Shown here: piece after piece, positions 36,836 through 46,958 of the stretch
Layout: each line of letters opens with the position of its first letter
How positions within the stretch are numbered: position 1 is the first letter of the stretch
Virus record (IMG/VR): IMGVR_UViG_3300049009_000874
Coordinates: 32,001 to 96,000 of that record
Origin: a virus
Lineage: Duplodnaviria > Caudoviricetes
Strand: one strand, 5' to 3'
Length of the DNA stretch: 64,000 nt
Position numbers and translations under genes: made by a program
The notes under the pieces: generated by a model
What the model was told of the DNA's origin: nothing
Seen by the model: the letters and a program-made list of their open reading frames with translations, nothing else
The model's database searches: none

Positions 36836-38050
36836 ATGGCTCAAAACCAAGATTTTAACATATCGCAGTTCTTCGAGGAATCCGTCAGGAGGATAGGATT
36901 GAGGTGTCCCGTCAAGAAAATTGGGCGAAAGTTCGCAAGGAAGATGTCCGCCTTGCCAGACGAGTTCCTGGAGTCTTGCCTTGGTCAGTTCGGCAAAAAG
37001 ATAAAGTCGTTCCTCAGGTCGATAGACATAGATCACCCGGACATGCCCAATTGCTATGATGGTTTTTTCCGAGATGACGGCGAGTTCGCCTCTTTCTTTT
37101 CCGAACTTGTGGACCATGTCAGGCTGTCGGCGAAAACCAAAAACTCGATGATGCTCGGCTACATTGGCGAATCCGCGGAAAAGCACATAATAGACAAGCA
37201 CAAAGCTGCGATTCACATGGATGTCCCGGAAAACAACAGGTGCAACGTAAGGCTCGTCAGGGACGAGGTGCTGAGGGGCGACATAAGAAGCAAGAAGAAG
37301 ATGCAGGTCATAGACCTCGACAGCGTCTACAAGAAGGGGTTAGGTTTCTACGAGAGCCACCCAGACAACTTCCTCAGCCACATGAGGTTCGACCTGTCGC
37401 TGGAGTCCGAGATATCGAAGCTTGAGGTCAAGGCTAGGAGATACGTGGAGATGGGATGCTCCGCGATGGCTGACGAGATAAACTCCAGCGTGGACTGCTA
37501 CAGGGAATACACCAAACAGACCTATTTCGGATTCAACCGCATCACGATGTCGGTCGCTTCCATCATACTCGCCAAGAGTCTCGGGTATGAAGCCAAGGTG
37601 GATCGTTGCCCGTTGTCCGGCGCGGAGACCTACGCGATCCGTGTTGGCAGCGGCTATTTCGGGGACTACCGTTTCGATCCTTCCAATTCCGAAAGCGGAT
37701 CCGAGGGGCATTACCCGTACGAGCCGAAGATTTACCCCATCGACTATTTCTCCGACATGATGACCGATGACACCCGGAGGGTTATCGGCATCTTGGATAA
37801 ATTCCACGATGCCGGGAAAAAGCCAATATTCGATTTCTTCGGGGTCATAGTTCCGTCGATTCGGTTCCCTTCGGTCCTGCATGAAGGCTCGTATTCTTTT
37901 TTGAACACGGACGGATTCCTGAGCGCGCACTACGACCTTGGCAGATGCGTGTCCGATTTCAACCGAAGCCTCGTGAAGAACAAAATTTTCAAGCCAATTA
38001 TAGTGGCGGAAAAAGACCATAAATGTTATTTTATCACTTACTGGATTTGA
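36836..38050 (+). CDS. hypothetical protein
   Basis: About 404-aa ORF; ATG 36836 preferred over TTG/GTG-type 36809. Confidence 0.8.
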   Translation: MAQNQDFNISQFFEESVRRIGLRCPVKKIGRKFARKMSALPDEFLESCLGQFGKKIKSFLRSIDIDHPDMPNCYDGFFRDDGEFASFFSELVDHVRLSAKTKNSMMLGYIGESAEKHIIDKHKAAIHMDVPENNRCNVRLVRDEVLRGDIRSKKKMQVIDLDSVYKKGLGFYESHPDNFLSHMRFDLSLESEISKLEVKARRYVEMGCSAMADEINSSVDCYREYTKQTYFGFNRITMSVASIILAKSLGYEAKVDRCPLSGAETYAIRVGSGYFGDYRFDPSNSESGSEGHYPYEPKIYPIDYFSDMMTDDTRRVIGILDKFHDAGKKPIFDFFGVIVPSIRFPSVLHEGSYSFLNTDGFLSAHYDLGRCVSDFNRSLVKNKIFKPIIVAEKDHKCYFITYWI

Positions 38051-38059
38051 GGTGTTTTT

Positions 38060-38380
38060 ATGATTGACGGCGAAAAGGTTTCGATGAGCAAGAACCAGTT
38101 GCTGGAATTCGCCAGGACTGTGTACAGCGACGCTTGCTATGGACATTTGGATTTGGCCGAGAATTACTGCGAGAAAGCAGTCGATGGCATCTTTCGATCG
38201 CTCGCGAGCCATTCGGTCGAAGGGAAAAAACCCGATGGGGTGTGGGTGTCAAATGATCTTGTTGGCGACTTCCCATCCGTCACCATGCCGCCGGCGCAGC
38301 AGCAGCAAAATTTGTTCGTCACCAGGCAAATTTTAACCAATGATGTTACTATAACAAATAACACAATCACAATTGTATAG
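38060..38380 (+). CDS. hypothetical protein
   Basis: GAGG RBS, 106 aa. Confidence 0.75.
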   Translation: MIDGEKVSMSKNQLLEFARTVYSDACYGHLDLAENYCEKAVDGIFRSLASHSVEGKKPDGVWVSNDLVGDFPSVTMPPAQQQQNLFVTRQILTNDVTITNNTITIV

Positions 38381-38389
38381 GGGATTAAA

Positions 38390-38728
38390 ATGGCTAAGAA
38401 AATCGTTGGTATTGATGGAGAGGTTATCAGTTCCGTGGGTTCCGTGAAAAAGGTCAGCCCGTGCGGCAGCCAGATCTTGGTTGAGATTTTGACTCCGCAA
38501 GAGCTCATGAACACCAACCTCAAGCTCTCCGAGAATACCGACCTGAAGCTTCCCATGCAGGGATACATCAGGGCTGTTGGTCCGGCTCACAAGCCAGACT
38601 GGGGTTTCGATGTCGGAAGCCGCGTTCTGATCAGTGGTTCTGGCGTCATGGCTCCAAACATCGATGGCTCCCACCGTGACACCTTCCTTATGGAGCCTAG
38701 CGCCATCAGGGCTGTACTAGCCGAATAG
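38390..38728 (+). CDS. GroES-like co-chaperonin
   Basis: PCGSQILVE, QGYIRAVGP, DVGSRVL, LMEPSAIRAVL follow the Cpn10 pattern; mobile loop divergent. Confidence 0.7.
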   Translation: MAKKIVGIDGEVISSVGSVKKVSPCGSQILVEILTPQELMNTNLKLSENTDLKLPMQGYIRAVGPAHKPDWGFDVGSRVLISGSGVMAPNIDGSHRDTFLMEPSAIRAVLAE

Positions 38729-38738
38729 ATGATAAAAG

Positions 38739-39776
38739 ATGAACAAAGACCCATATGAAGTTCTCGGTGTTTCCAGGGATGCCTCGTCTGACGACATACA
38801 GAAGTCGTACAGGTCCAAGGCTAAGCTACACCATCCGGACAGGAACATCGGCAATCCAGAATCCGAGCAGATGTTCCGAGAAGTCCAGGAAGCCTATGAC
38901 ATATTGAGCGATCCTGAGAAGAAATCCAAATACGACAGGTTCGGATTATCGGCTTCCAAGTGGTCTTCGGAATCAATGCACAACATGCATGACATCTTCG
39001 GGAAATCCACATACAAGGGAAGAAGCATACAGGCAAAGGTGTCTCTGACGCTCGAGGAAGTGGCTTCCGGCTGCGTGAAGAAGGTCAGGTTCCACAGGAG
39101 CAAGATATGTTCAAGGTGTTATGGGTCTGGCTCTTCGAAATCGGAAAAGTGCAAGCATTGCGACGGTCTAGGCTATCAGGGCGTCCATCTGCAGCCTAAT
39201 TTCAGTTTCCAGACAGAATGCCAGGCTTGCCTTGGTTCTGGGGTTTCAATTTTGGAAAAATGCGCGGAATGCAACGGCGGATACGAATCCAGGCAAGAAC
39301 CTTCGGAGTTCGACGTCAATCTTCCTCCGGGAATCTCTTCGGGTCACTTGAGGATTCCAGAGCAGGGCGAGCCATGCAAGAGGTCCGGAGGGTCCAACGG
39401 AGACCTGATGGTTTTCGTGGAGGTTCAGCACCACGAGATGTTCAAGAGGTATGACAGCAACCTGATCCTGGAGATACCATGTTCATACTCCCAGCTCGTC
39501 AATGGTTTCGATGTCGAAGTTCCCACGGTGTACAACCATAAAATTGTGGTCAAGATACCCAAGGAGACCATGCCTAACACTCAAATCAGGGTTAAGGGCA
39601 AGGGTCTTCCAGGCGGCTACGATGGAATTGGCGACATGTTCGTAATACCAAAGCTTGACATACCCAAGAACATGCCGGAAGAGTATTATCAAGTGCTTGA
39701 AAGGCTGAGGGTCATCGAAGACGGCAACATTACTCCGAGAAGGAAAGAGTGGAACAGAAAGCTTTCCAAATATTGA
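38739..39776 (+). CDS. dnaJ: DnaJ chaperone
   Basis: J-domain HPD, four CxxCxGxG-type repeats, C-terminal domain. Confidence 0.95.
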   Translation: MNKDPYEVLGVSRDASSDDIQKSYRSKAKLHHPDRNIGNPESEQMFREVQEAYDILSDPEKKSKYDRFGLSASKWSSESMHNMHDIFGKSTYKGRSIQAKVSLTLEEVASGCVKKVRFHRSKICSRCYGSGSSKSEKCKHCDGLGYQGVHLQPNFSFQTECQACLGSGVSILEKCAECNGGYESRQEPSEFDVNLPPGISSGHLRIPEQGEPCKRSGGSNGDLMVFVEVQHHEMFKRYDSNLILEIPCSYSQLVNGFDVEVPTVYNHKIVVKIPKETMPNTQIRVKGKGLPGGYDGIGDMFVIPKLDIPKNMPEEYYQVLERLRVIEDGNITPRRKEWNRKLSKY

Positions 39777-39805
39777 TTTCCAAACATACATATTAAAGGT
39801 GAAAC

Positions 39806-40009
39806 ATGAACAAAATAGTAGAAAACAAGTTATTCGTTCCGGCTGTCTTGGCTGTCGTGTCTTTGTTGTTCTTCCTGCTCTGCAACAAGGTGATGGTCGA
39901 AAAGGTTGCTGACAGGGTCATACAAAAGCTCCAGAGGGATTATGCCCCATCTCCATTCGCCCCTGGGTTTGACCCAGACAAGATAGACTCGAACAGATTC
40001 AAGAAATGA
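39806..40009 (+). CDS. small membrane protein
   Basis: One TM helix, 67 aa. Confidence 0.7.
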   Translation: MNKIVENKLFVPAVLAVVSLLFFLLCNKVMVEKVADRVIQKLQRDYAPSPFAPGFDPDKIDSNRFKK

Positions 40010-40352
40010 CCCTGAAAGACTTGAGTACCATCGGCTGCGTGTGTTCGATGTCCGGGCTTCCCATGAACCCGAATTCGACCATCTGACCTTTTTCTGGCTT
40101 TTTCGGCAACCTTCTGTACTGGTCGTAAGTGCAGAATATCTTGGATTTGTCCTCGAATTGGATCACTATTGGGTTCGTGTTGTACTTGATCATGTGTATC
40201 TTTGATTTCTTGATTATCATCGGCATGTCAACGTCGATTTTCGGCATGAAAGGAATGTATTCCTTGACCCAGTCAAAGTTTTCGGGAAAGAACAGATTAT
40301 GGTCCATCGATAGCTCTTTTATCTTCAGGAATCTTTCGAACTTGGTTTTCAT
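39999..40352 (-). CDS. hypothetical protein with capsid-targeting-like N-terminus
   Basis: MKTKFERFLKIKE. Confidence 0.75.
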   Translation of the reverse strand: MKTKFERFLKIKELSMDHNLFFPENFDWVKEYIPFMPKIDVDMPMIIKKSKIHMIKYNTNPIVIQFEDKSKIFCTYDQYRRLPKKPEKGQMVEFGFMGSPDIEHTQPMVLKSFRVIS

Positions 40353-40372
40353 AAAAATATCTATGGGTCAAC

Positions 40373-40705
40373 ATGAAAATATCATCAATCAATTTGCTGG
40401 CAACTTTTGAGGTCGTCATCGCCGACGGGGACAAATCTAGCTCCCACTTGGTCTTCTACGACAACGAAAGCGAAAAAATCATAACCATGGTCGAAATGGA
40501 CGGGGACAAGAAGTCTCAAATAGAACTTGAGATTGCCGAATACTTCAAGGCGGAAGACATGGGCGACACTTCCATGACCAAGGATTTGTCCGATAGCATA
40601 AATCAAGCGAGAGATAGAAGCCGATCGATGCAAACGTACGCGTCGGAATCCAGCGAGTCAATAAGAGTGAAGAAAAACGAAAAAAACGGAGATGCCAATG
40701 TCTAG
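40373..40705 (+). CDS. hypothetical protein
   Basis: 110-aa ORF. Confidence 0.7.
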   Translation: MKISSINLLATFEVVIADGDKSSSHLVFYDNESEKIITMVEMDGDKKSQIELEIAEYFKAEDMGDTSMTKDLSDSINQARDRSRSMQTYASESSESIRVKKNEKNGDANV

Positions 40706-41261
40706 AGAAGCGGAATCAATGAACTTCAACGTCAGCAACGGCGGCGAGGAAAAGAGCAGGAACAGGGACTGCAGGATCATAACCCTGAAAAAGGTTTTTG
40801 ACTTCATAGACAAGAAGGACTACGATGAGTCCGTCAAGAAGGAGCTGAAGAGGATAGTGAGCGGATACCCGCAAAACGCTTTCGAGTCATTCGGGAAGAA
40901 CTTCTCTAAACATCTTGCCTCCGCGCAAAAGGCTGCGCGAAAGAACCGACCCATGTTCATAGGCGAATTGGGGGAGGATTCATACAAGAGGCTGGAGTCG
41001 ATCGACGGGGAGTTCAAAGCGCCAGACAAAAACAAGAACTCCGTCGTCTCGTCGCTTCCGAAAAAGCCGACTTTGGACTTTGACGATTTGGAATTCTCGA
41101 AAATTGAAGAGGCGGCTTCCGAAGATGCGCAGGCGGCTTCCGAAGCTGACCGAGCGGTTGCTTCCGAGGCGGAGGCAGTTTCCGAAGAGGAAGAGACACC
41201 TTATGGTCTTAAGGAAATTAATGAATCAGAACCCGGTTCAAATTCAACCAACCCACACTAG
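40698..41261 (+). CDS. hypothetical protein with acidic xASE repeats
   Basis: GGAG RBS; EAASEDAQAASEADRAVASE; alternative start 40692. Confidence 0.75.
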   Translation: MSREAESMNFNVSNGGEEKSRNRDCRIITLKKVFDFIDKKDYDESVKKELKRIVSGYPQNAFESFGKNFSKHLASAQKAARKNRPMFIGELGEDSYKRLESIDGEFKAPDKNKNSVVSSLPKKPTLDFDDLEFSKIEEAASEDAQAASEADRAVASEAEAVSEEEETPYGLKEINESEPGSNSTNPH

Positions 41262-41269
41262 TATAAATC

Positions 41270-41482
41270 ATGGCTAAAATATTCGCGGTTATAAGTGTTG
41301 CTAGGCAGGTCGACGGGGAATATGTCGTCGTCAAGCCAGAAAAGGCTTTTTCCACGTCGGAAAAAGCCGAGACCCACGCAAAGGGTCTTGTGAAGCAATA
41401 CGCGGAAGTGATACAGTCTCCTACCGGACCGATAAAGTGCGTCTGCTCTAGGGGAATTTTCGAAATAGATGTAGAGGAATAA
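41270..41482 (+). CDS. hypothetical protein
   Basis: 70-aa ORF. Confidence 0.75.
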   Translation: MAKIFAVISVARQVDGEYVVVKPEKAFSTSEKAETHAKGLVKQYAEVIQSPTGPIKCVCSRGIFEIDVEE

Positions 41483-41485
41483 AAA

Positions 41486-42211
41486 ATGAGCGTAAACAAC
41501 CCGTTGGACAATACCAGATCAGAATTGACGGTGTCACTCAAGAATTACAGTGACGAGCAGATATCCATAATCATAGTCCACAAGGACAGACCGGAATACC
41601 TCAACCTGTGCCTCCAGAGCATATGCGTCACGTCCTTCAATTCGAACTACGAGATCATCGTGGTCGACAACGGAAGCGACAAGGAATCGCAGTCGTTCCT
41701 CGATGACGTCGAAGGCACGGTAAAGGTCATAAGGAACGAAAAGAACCTGTACTGGTCTGCCGCCTGCAACAAGGGCGCGAACGCCGCGGACAAGAACTCC
41801 AAGTACCTCATTTTCATGCATTGCGACATCGTCATCACGAACCCTTCGTGGCTTGACCTTCTCCTGAACGTTTCCGAATCGACATCGTCAGGGTTTATAG
41901 GTCTCGACACTCAGAACTACACGGTGGGCAACCAGGATGTCGGATTCATAACCGACCACATGATAATGATGACCAGGGACTGCTGGAGCGACATAGGACC
42001 TTGGCCAGAAGAGCTGCCGCAGATAGGCACAAGCTTCGTCATGACGATAAAATCCCAATCCAAGGGTCACAAGCCGCAGGTCATGAAGACCCCGATCCTC
42101 CATCACTACAAGATATTCAGCCTCGGCATAAACGAATACGAAAAACTTCAGGAAGAGGCTGTGTCCATACTGCCCCGCCTCGTAAGCCAGACCCAGTCAA
42201 GACCGGTCTAG
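41486..42211 (+). CDS. glycosyltransferase family 2
   Basis: ISIIIVHKD, YEIIVVDNGSD, NKGA, IFMHCD. Confidence 0.88.
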   Translation: MSVNNPLDNTRSELTVSLKNYSDEQISIIIVHKDRPEYLNLCLQSICVTSFNSNYEIIVVDNGSDKESQSFLDDVEGTVKVIRNEKNLYWSAACNKGANAADKNSKYLIFMHCDIVITNPSWLDLLLNVSESTSSGFIGLDTQNYTVGNQDVGFITDHMIMMTRDCWSDIGPWPEELPQIGTSFVMTIKSQSKGHKPQVMKTPILHHYKIFSLGINEYEKLQEEAVSILPRLVSQTQSRPV

Positions 42212-42690
42212 TTGGGTATCTTTTTTATGAATTCGTGCCATTTCGGATGCTCGAATTTCGTGATCTTGTTTTTGGCGTAGTGCTGCGCGTAAGCCATGCA
42301 GAAAAGTTCAAGGGGGTTCTCGTCTCGCAGATCCTTGTTCTTCTTCATGGAATCTTTGGCTATCTTGTTCCATTCCTTCCTCATGCCCGGATCGACCTTG
42401 TATTCCCAAACCATATGGGCTATCTCGTGCAGCGTGGTGAACTCCCTCCCGTAGTTCCATGGCGCCGCAACCACTATCTTCCTCTTGTGTATGGTTCCTA
42501 TGTGCTTCTTGTCGCCTTCGATGGTGTTGCCGTTGGTGTAGTTGATCTCGAACCCTCGGACTAGGTCTTTGTGGCTTTTCGGCAGCTTGTTCAGGGTCTT
42601 CTTTATGTCTTTTCTGGGAACGGTCTCGCAGTCGCACCTTTCCATGAAAGATTTGAAATTAAGTACATTGTGTCTTGTGATGTCATGCAT
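42208..42690 (-). CDS. HExxH zinc metallopeptidase-like protein
   Basis: TTLHEIAH followed by ELFCMAYAQHY. Confidence 0.7.
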   Translation of the reverse strand: MHDITRHNVLNFKSFMERCDCETVPRKDIKKTLNKLPKSHKDLVRGFEINYTNGNTIEGDKKHIGTIHKRKIVVAAPWNYGREFTTLHEIAHMVWEYKVDPGMRKEWNKIAKDSMKKNKDLRDENPLELFCMAYAQHYAKNKITKFEHPKWHEFIKKIPN

Positions 42691-42750
42691 TTATGTCAAC
42701 TCCGCTGATATATAGAATCAGACAATCAATATTTAACCAGGATGAACCAT

Positions 42751-43470
42751 ATGTCACGATCAAAGAAGAAAAAGGTGGAAAGAAAACCAACCGTAGTTCG
42801 GGAGGGGGCGAAGAAATCCGGCATATCTTCTGGCTTCCGTTTCGAGTTCCTCAATTCGGCTCAAAGGGCTGCGTGGGGCGCTTTCGACAAGCACGACGTG
42901 CTGTTCCTCCTTGGTCCGGCTGGCACCGGAAAGACGCAACTGGCTTGCGCGTTCGCCATGAGCGAGATATTGGCAAAAAAAAGGGAGAAGATAGTCCTGA
43001 CTAGACCGGTGGTCGAAGCGGGCGAAAGCCTCGGTTTCCTCCCTGGCACCATGGAGGAGAAGCTCAACCCATATATGATGCCGATGTACGATTGCATAGA
43101 CATGTGCGTCGGAAAGGAAAGTGTCGAGCGAGACATCATCAGCAAGAGCATAGAGATAGCCCCGATAGCCTACTGCCGCGGCAGAACCTTCCAGGAGTCA
43201 ATCTGCATATTCGACGAGGCTCAGAACGCCACCAAGACGCAGCTCAAGCTGTTCATGACCAGATTCGGCAAGAACAGCAAGCTGATCATAACCGGAGATC
43301 CCGAGCAATCGGATATCAGGGACGGCAACACGACGCTTCTCGAGGTCGCGAACAAGATGGAGGAGCTTCCCGGGGTGGGCGTCATAAGGTTCAAGGCTTG
43401 CTCGATCGTTAGGCACCCATTGATTGCCGGAATACTGGAGAAGTTTTCGGAGATTGAAAAGAAGGTGTGA
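42751..43470 (+). CDS. phoH: PhoH family ATPase
   Basis: GPAGTGKT, LTRPVVEAGESLGFLPG, RGRTF, DEAQN, TGDPEQSD. Confidence 0.97.
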   Translation: MSRSKKKKVERKPTVVREGAKKSGISSGFRFEFLNSAQRAAWGAFDKHDVLFLLGPAGTGKTQLACAFAMSEILAKKREKIVLTRPVVEAGESLGFLPGTMEEKLNPYMMPMYDCIDMCVGKESVERDIISKSIEIAPIAYCRGRTFQESICIFDEAQNATKTQLKLFMTRFGKNSKLIITGDPEQSDIRDGNTTLLEVANKMEELPGVGVIRFKACSIVRHPLIAGILEKFSEIEKKV

Positions 43471-43573
43471 TTTACAACTATGCCAACGCCAAGCCCAACT
43501 AATCAACCTAGTCCAAGACTGTCTCGAATAACATGTTATTTTAGAATAGTTGATCATATATAGGAGTTTTTAA

Positions 43574-45676
43574 ATGTCTAATGGAGGGATTACAGTATCT
43601 GGAAATGCTATTTGCAATTCAATAATTAGTTGTGTTGGAGATGGAGGGATTACAGTATCTGGAAATGCTATTTGCAATCCAATAATTAGTTGTGTTGGAG
43701 ATGGAGGGATAGTTTTAAGTCATATGACTTACGCAAATCCAATCATTTCTGTTTTTTTCAATTTTGACTTTAATTTCGACATTTACGCTTCGTTCGAATT
43801 CGGTCAAGACTTTAATTTCGATGTCGGCGAGTTGCCGTTGAGGACATTCAGGGTTGTCGGCGTCGAGTACTACAATTGCGACTACATACCTTTCTGCGCG
43901 ATACCAAACGGATTGAACAGGATGTTCCAGGAGATGGCGGCAAGAAATCTTTCGGAAGTATGCCAGTTCCTTTCCGACGTGAACTGGACTTGGCCGATAG
44001 CGGACATACAAAGGTCTGTTCACTCCATAGACTCTTTCATATCCGTGGGAAGTACTGGGCTCAACATAAACGGACTTCCGATTCCATCAACAAACGAGTT
44101 TGTCTCGGTGCCGTTCTCCCAGATACCAGAATGTCTCCAGTTCACCGTAGTTCCGACCCCCGCGGTAACCATGGGCATGTCTATGTACGTCGACACGTTG
44201 TTCTACATGGGTGGGTCCGGTTCGGTCGGTATTTCAGGATTCGCCAACACAGCAAGAAGGTTTGTGGCGTCTGGATCTTTGGCGATTGAAGGTTACGCCG
44301 ATTATCTCTCATCTTGTTTCTTTTACGAAGCGGGAGGGAGCGTCGAATTGAGTCCCGAATATGAACTCACGGCTTCAGATTTCTCGTTCGACTCCAATGG
44401 GGTTTTGTCGCTATACGGAGAATCTGCGGTCGTCAGCCAAAGATATGCCTATGCGACATCAGGGTCGTTGGTGTTTTCGGGCGATGCGGTTTCCCTGTTG
44501 AAGTTGAGACATTTTTCGTCCGGGGCTATTGTATTGGGAGGAAGTTCCGAGTATCCCATGTTGTATCAGGCAAATGGAACTATCCTTGTTTCCGGTTCGT
44601 CGATGGCGTCGAAAAAGATTTATGGTTATGTCGTAGAAGGCACGGTTTCAGTGTCTGGACAATCCTTGAATTTATCTCCATATTATGGGTATGAGCCTTC
44701 CGGGTCAGCCGTGGTGGATGGAAGCATAGTCGTGAGCAAGGCGTCTTTCAGGATAGACCCTGATTTCTCGTTTCCGATAAGCGTTTCCGGGCTGGCTCTG
44801 GAAAGGGACTCCATAAATGGAGAATTTTGGTATGTCCCTCTTATTTCCGACCTGCTTGTGGGCGATTCGGCGGAAAGTTCGGTCAAAGGAGTCTCGTACA
44901 AGTCTTTTGGGAACATCGGAGTTTCTGGAAGCATGGAGACAAGCATCTACCAGGACGAAGTCGCCATGGGATCATTTTGCGAGATTGATTTTATCGAAAT
45001 AATTTACAACGAGGATTTCGTCTCGAATTTGGCGCCCGTAGTCGGAACGGTCAACACGACATGCGGATCGTGCGACGCCATACCGCAGGAACTGTATTTG
45101 AGTCATAACCTGAAATACTCTGTCGTTTTCAAGGATTTTCTTCTCCGAAATGGATTTTCCATAGATGATTCAATCAAGTTCACTTATAGTCCCAAGTCTG
45201 ATTCGTGGCGAGCGTCGCTGCACTACATCGGGGCTGGGGCTGACATCAATGATTTGACCGAAATATGGCAGATAAACATGGATTGGTCTTGTGTCAGCAC
45301 GCTCGGGGAAGACCAGATTGGAAGTTCGCTCTGGAAGTTCGGCATATACGTAAACAGAAAGAACGTGGCTACGGATATAGACTACGATACCAGGCTGGTA
45401 TCCTTTTTCCCTTCCGAGGAGATATGTACTGAGGCTTCGCGCAGGGGGCTCGATTTTTCATTCGGGTTCAATTTTGCGAATAGTTATGTCACGAATAGTT
45501 TGGGTATTGTAATTGATAATTTTACAATTTATGATAACATAGGCATGTTCAAGGGAAGCTATTGGAGAGCAAATGACTTCTCTTGCAGGATTACGGCGGT
45601 AGATTTGATTTCCGACCTAATCGTCAACGATTTGACATACATAAAGCCATTGTCTCCTACGCAGTTTTACGTGTGA
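43574..45676 (+). CDS. probable virion structural protein with G-x-G-x-hydrophobic-x-SG beta repeats
   Basis: 700 aa, Ser/Gly-rich recurring GSxxVSG units; TATATA and GGAG upstream. Confidence 0.6.
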   Translation: MSNGGITVSGNAICNSIISCVGDGGITVSGNAICNPIISCVGDGGIVLSHMTYANPIISVFFNFDFNFDIYASFEFGQDFNFDVGELPLRTFRVVGVEYYNCDYIPFCAIPNGLNRMFQEMAARNLSEVCQFLSDVNWTWPIADIQRSVHSIDSFISVGSTGLNINGLPIPSTNEFVSVPFSQIPECLQFTVVPTPAVTMGMSMYVDTLFYMGGSGSVGISGFANTARRFVASGSLAIEGYADYLSSCFFYEAGGSVELSPEYELTASDFSFDSNGVLSLYGESAVVSQRYAYATSGSLVFSGDAVSLLKLRHFSSGAIVLGGSSEYPMLYQANGTILVSGSSMASKKIYGYVVEGTVSVSGQSLNLSPYYGYEPSGSAVVDGSIVVSKASFRIDPDFSFPISVSGLALERDSINGEFWYVPLISDLLVGDSAESSVKGVSYKSFGNIGVSGSMETSIYQDEVAMGSFCEIDFIEIIYNEDFVSNLAPVVGTVNTTCGSCDAIPQELYLSHNLKYSVVFKDFLLRNGFSIDDSIKFTYSPKSDSWRASLHYIGAGADINDLTEIWQINMDWSCVSTLGEDQIGSSLWKFGIYVNRKNVATDIDYDTRLVSFFPSEEICTEASRRGLDFSFGFNFANSYVTNSLGIVIDNFTIYDNIGMFKGSYWRANDFSCRITAVDLISDLIVNDLTYIKPLSPTQFYV
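43581..43710 (+). repeat. 60-bp tandem duplication
   Basis: atggagggattacagtatctggaaatgc... two copies with one mismatch plus 10 bp of a third. Confidence 0.93.
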
Positions 45677-45680
45677 AAAA

Positions 45681-45971
45681 ATGAACATTTCAATCATCGA
45701 CTGTTGCATATTGGTTTTTCTCGTGATAAACACGATCATCATGATATACATTGGCGGTTTCGTGGTGAGGATGAGAGACGACCAAAAGGAATTCTTCTCC
45801 GACTTGGTCGATCTTTTTGGCAACATGAGGCTTCCAGAGGAAGCCAAGAAACTGCCGATTAAGTCCATGGTGGCAACAACAAAGACCTGGGACCAGAAAT
45901 ACGAGGAGGAACTTGACATGTTGTCGAGAAGGAGCAGGCAGGACAGCGGTCTGGTCGACCCAGACAAATAA
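45681..45971 (+). CDS. membrane protein
   Basis: N-terminal TM helix. Confidence 0.7.
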   Translation: MNISIIDCCILVFLVINTIIMIYIGGFVVRMRDDQKEFFSDLVDLFGNMRLPEEAKKLPIKSMVATTKTWDQKYEEELDMLSRRSRQDSGLVDPDK

Positions 45972-45973
45972 AA

Positions 45974-46948
45974 ATGAACATAAAATATAGAAAGTTGCCT
46001 ATATCAAGAAAGTTCGGCATAGAGCTCGAACTTTCAAATTCTTTTTCCAAAAAAAAGATCAAGGAAATTATTGAGTCTCACTCGAAAAGGCTTGTCAAGG
46101 TCACGCGGTACCAGCTTTCCTACAAGAACGATTTCTGGCACATAAAAAACGACAGCAGTTGCGGTCCCGCTGGACCCGGAGGTCCAGCGGGGGTGGAGAT
46201 AGCAACCTATGTCTGTTCTGGGTTGGCGGACTTGAATCACGTTGTCAAGGTAATTGGCGAGGTTCGCAAGGCTGGGGCTGTGGTGAACGAGCATTGCGGG
46301 CTTCACATTCATGTTGATGCCTGCGACCTTTCCGAGGCGGAAGTGTGCAGGATAGTGCTGCATTGGTTGCGGATAGAGCCTGTACTCCGTTATGCCATGC
46401 CGTTGAGGAGGAGGGACAACAAATACTGCAAGCTCATGGGTCCGACCATTCCGGGCGACTCGATTCTCAAGTACGCGTACGACATTGCCGGGTACAAGTC
46501 GATGATAGAGCTTTTCAAGCCAATAGACAGCCAAGGGCAGTTTTTCGACCATACTTACAAGAGAAAAACCCTGAACCTTCTCAATTATTTCGAGTCGTTG
46601 AGGACAGGACGTCAGGTTCGAAAAACCTTGGAATTCAGGTGGCCGGAGGGAACTTTGCGGTCCGAAGACATCAAAGGCTGGGTCTGTCTTTTCTTGTCTT
46701 TCATCGAGAAGTCGAAAAACAGGAGGTTTGTTTTCGACAGGAAGACTTGCAAATCCGATCTCCTGGAGGTTCTGGATGTTGTCGGCTTGGGGCAGAACAG
46801 GGTTTTCTCCATTTTCGACGAAAACCTGTCCGTCACGAGAAAATGGCTTCTCGACAGGTTCGTCGCCAACAGCGATGAATCCATGTGGAGCCAAAAAAAC
46901 ATTAAAAATGAGGCGCAAGCTCTATTAAATAGAATATACGGCTTTTAA
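45974..46948 (+). CDS. putative amidoligase (COOH-NH2 ligase, Amidoligase_2-like)
   Basis: FGIELE, WHIKNDSS, VEIAT, CGLHIHVD, TLEFR. Confidence 0.85.
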   Translation: MNIKYRKLPISRKFGIELELSNSFSKKKIKEIIESHSKRLVKVTRYQLSYKNDFWHIKNDSSCGPAGPGGPAGVEIATYVCSGLADLNHVVKVIGEVRKAGAVVNEHCGLHIHVDACDLSEAEVCRIVLHWLRIEPVLRYAMPLRRRDNKYCKLMGPTIPGDSILKYAYDIAGYKSMIELFKPIDSQGQFFDHTYKRKTLNLLNYFESLRTGRQVRKTLEFRWPEGTLRSEDIKGWVCLFLSFIEKSKNRRFVFDRKTCKSDLLEVLDVVGLGQNRVFSIFDENLSVTRKWLLDRFVANSDESMWSQKNIKNEAQALLNRIYGF

Positions 46949-46958
46949 AGAGGTTATC

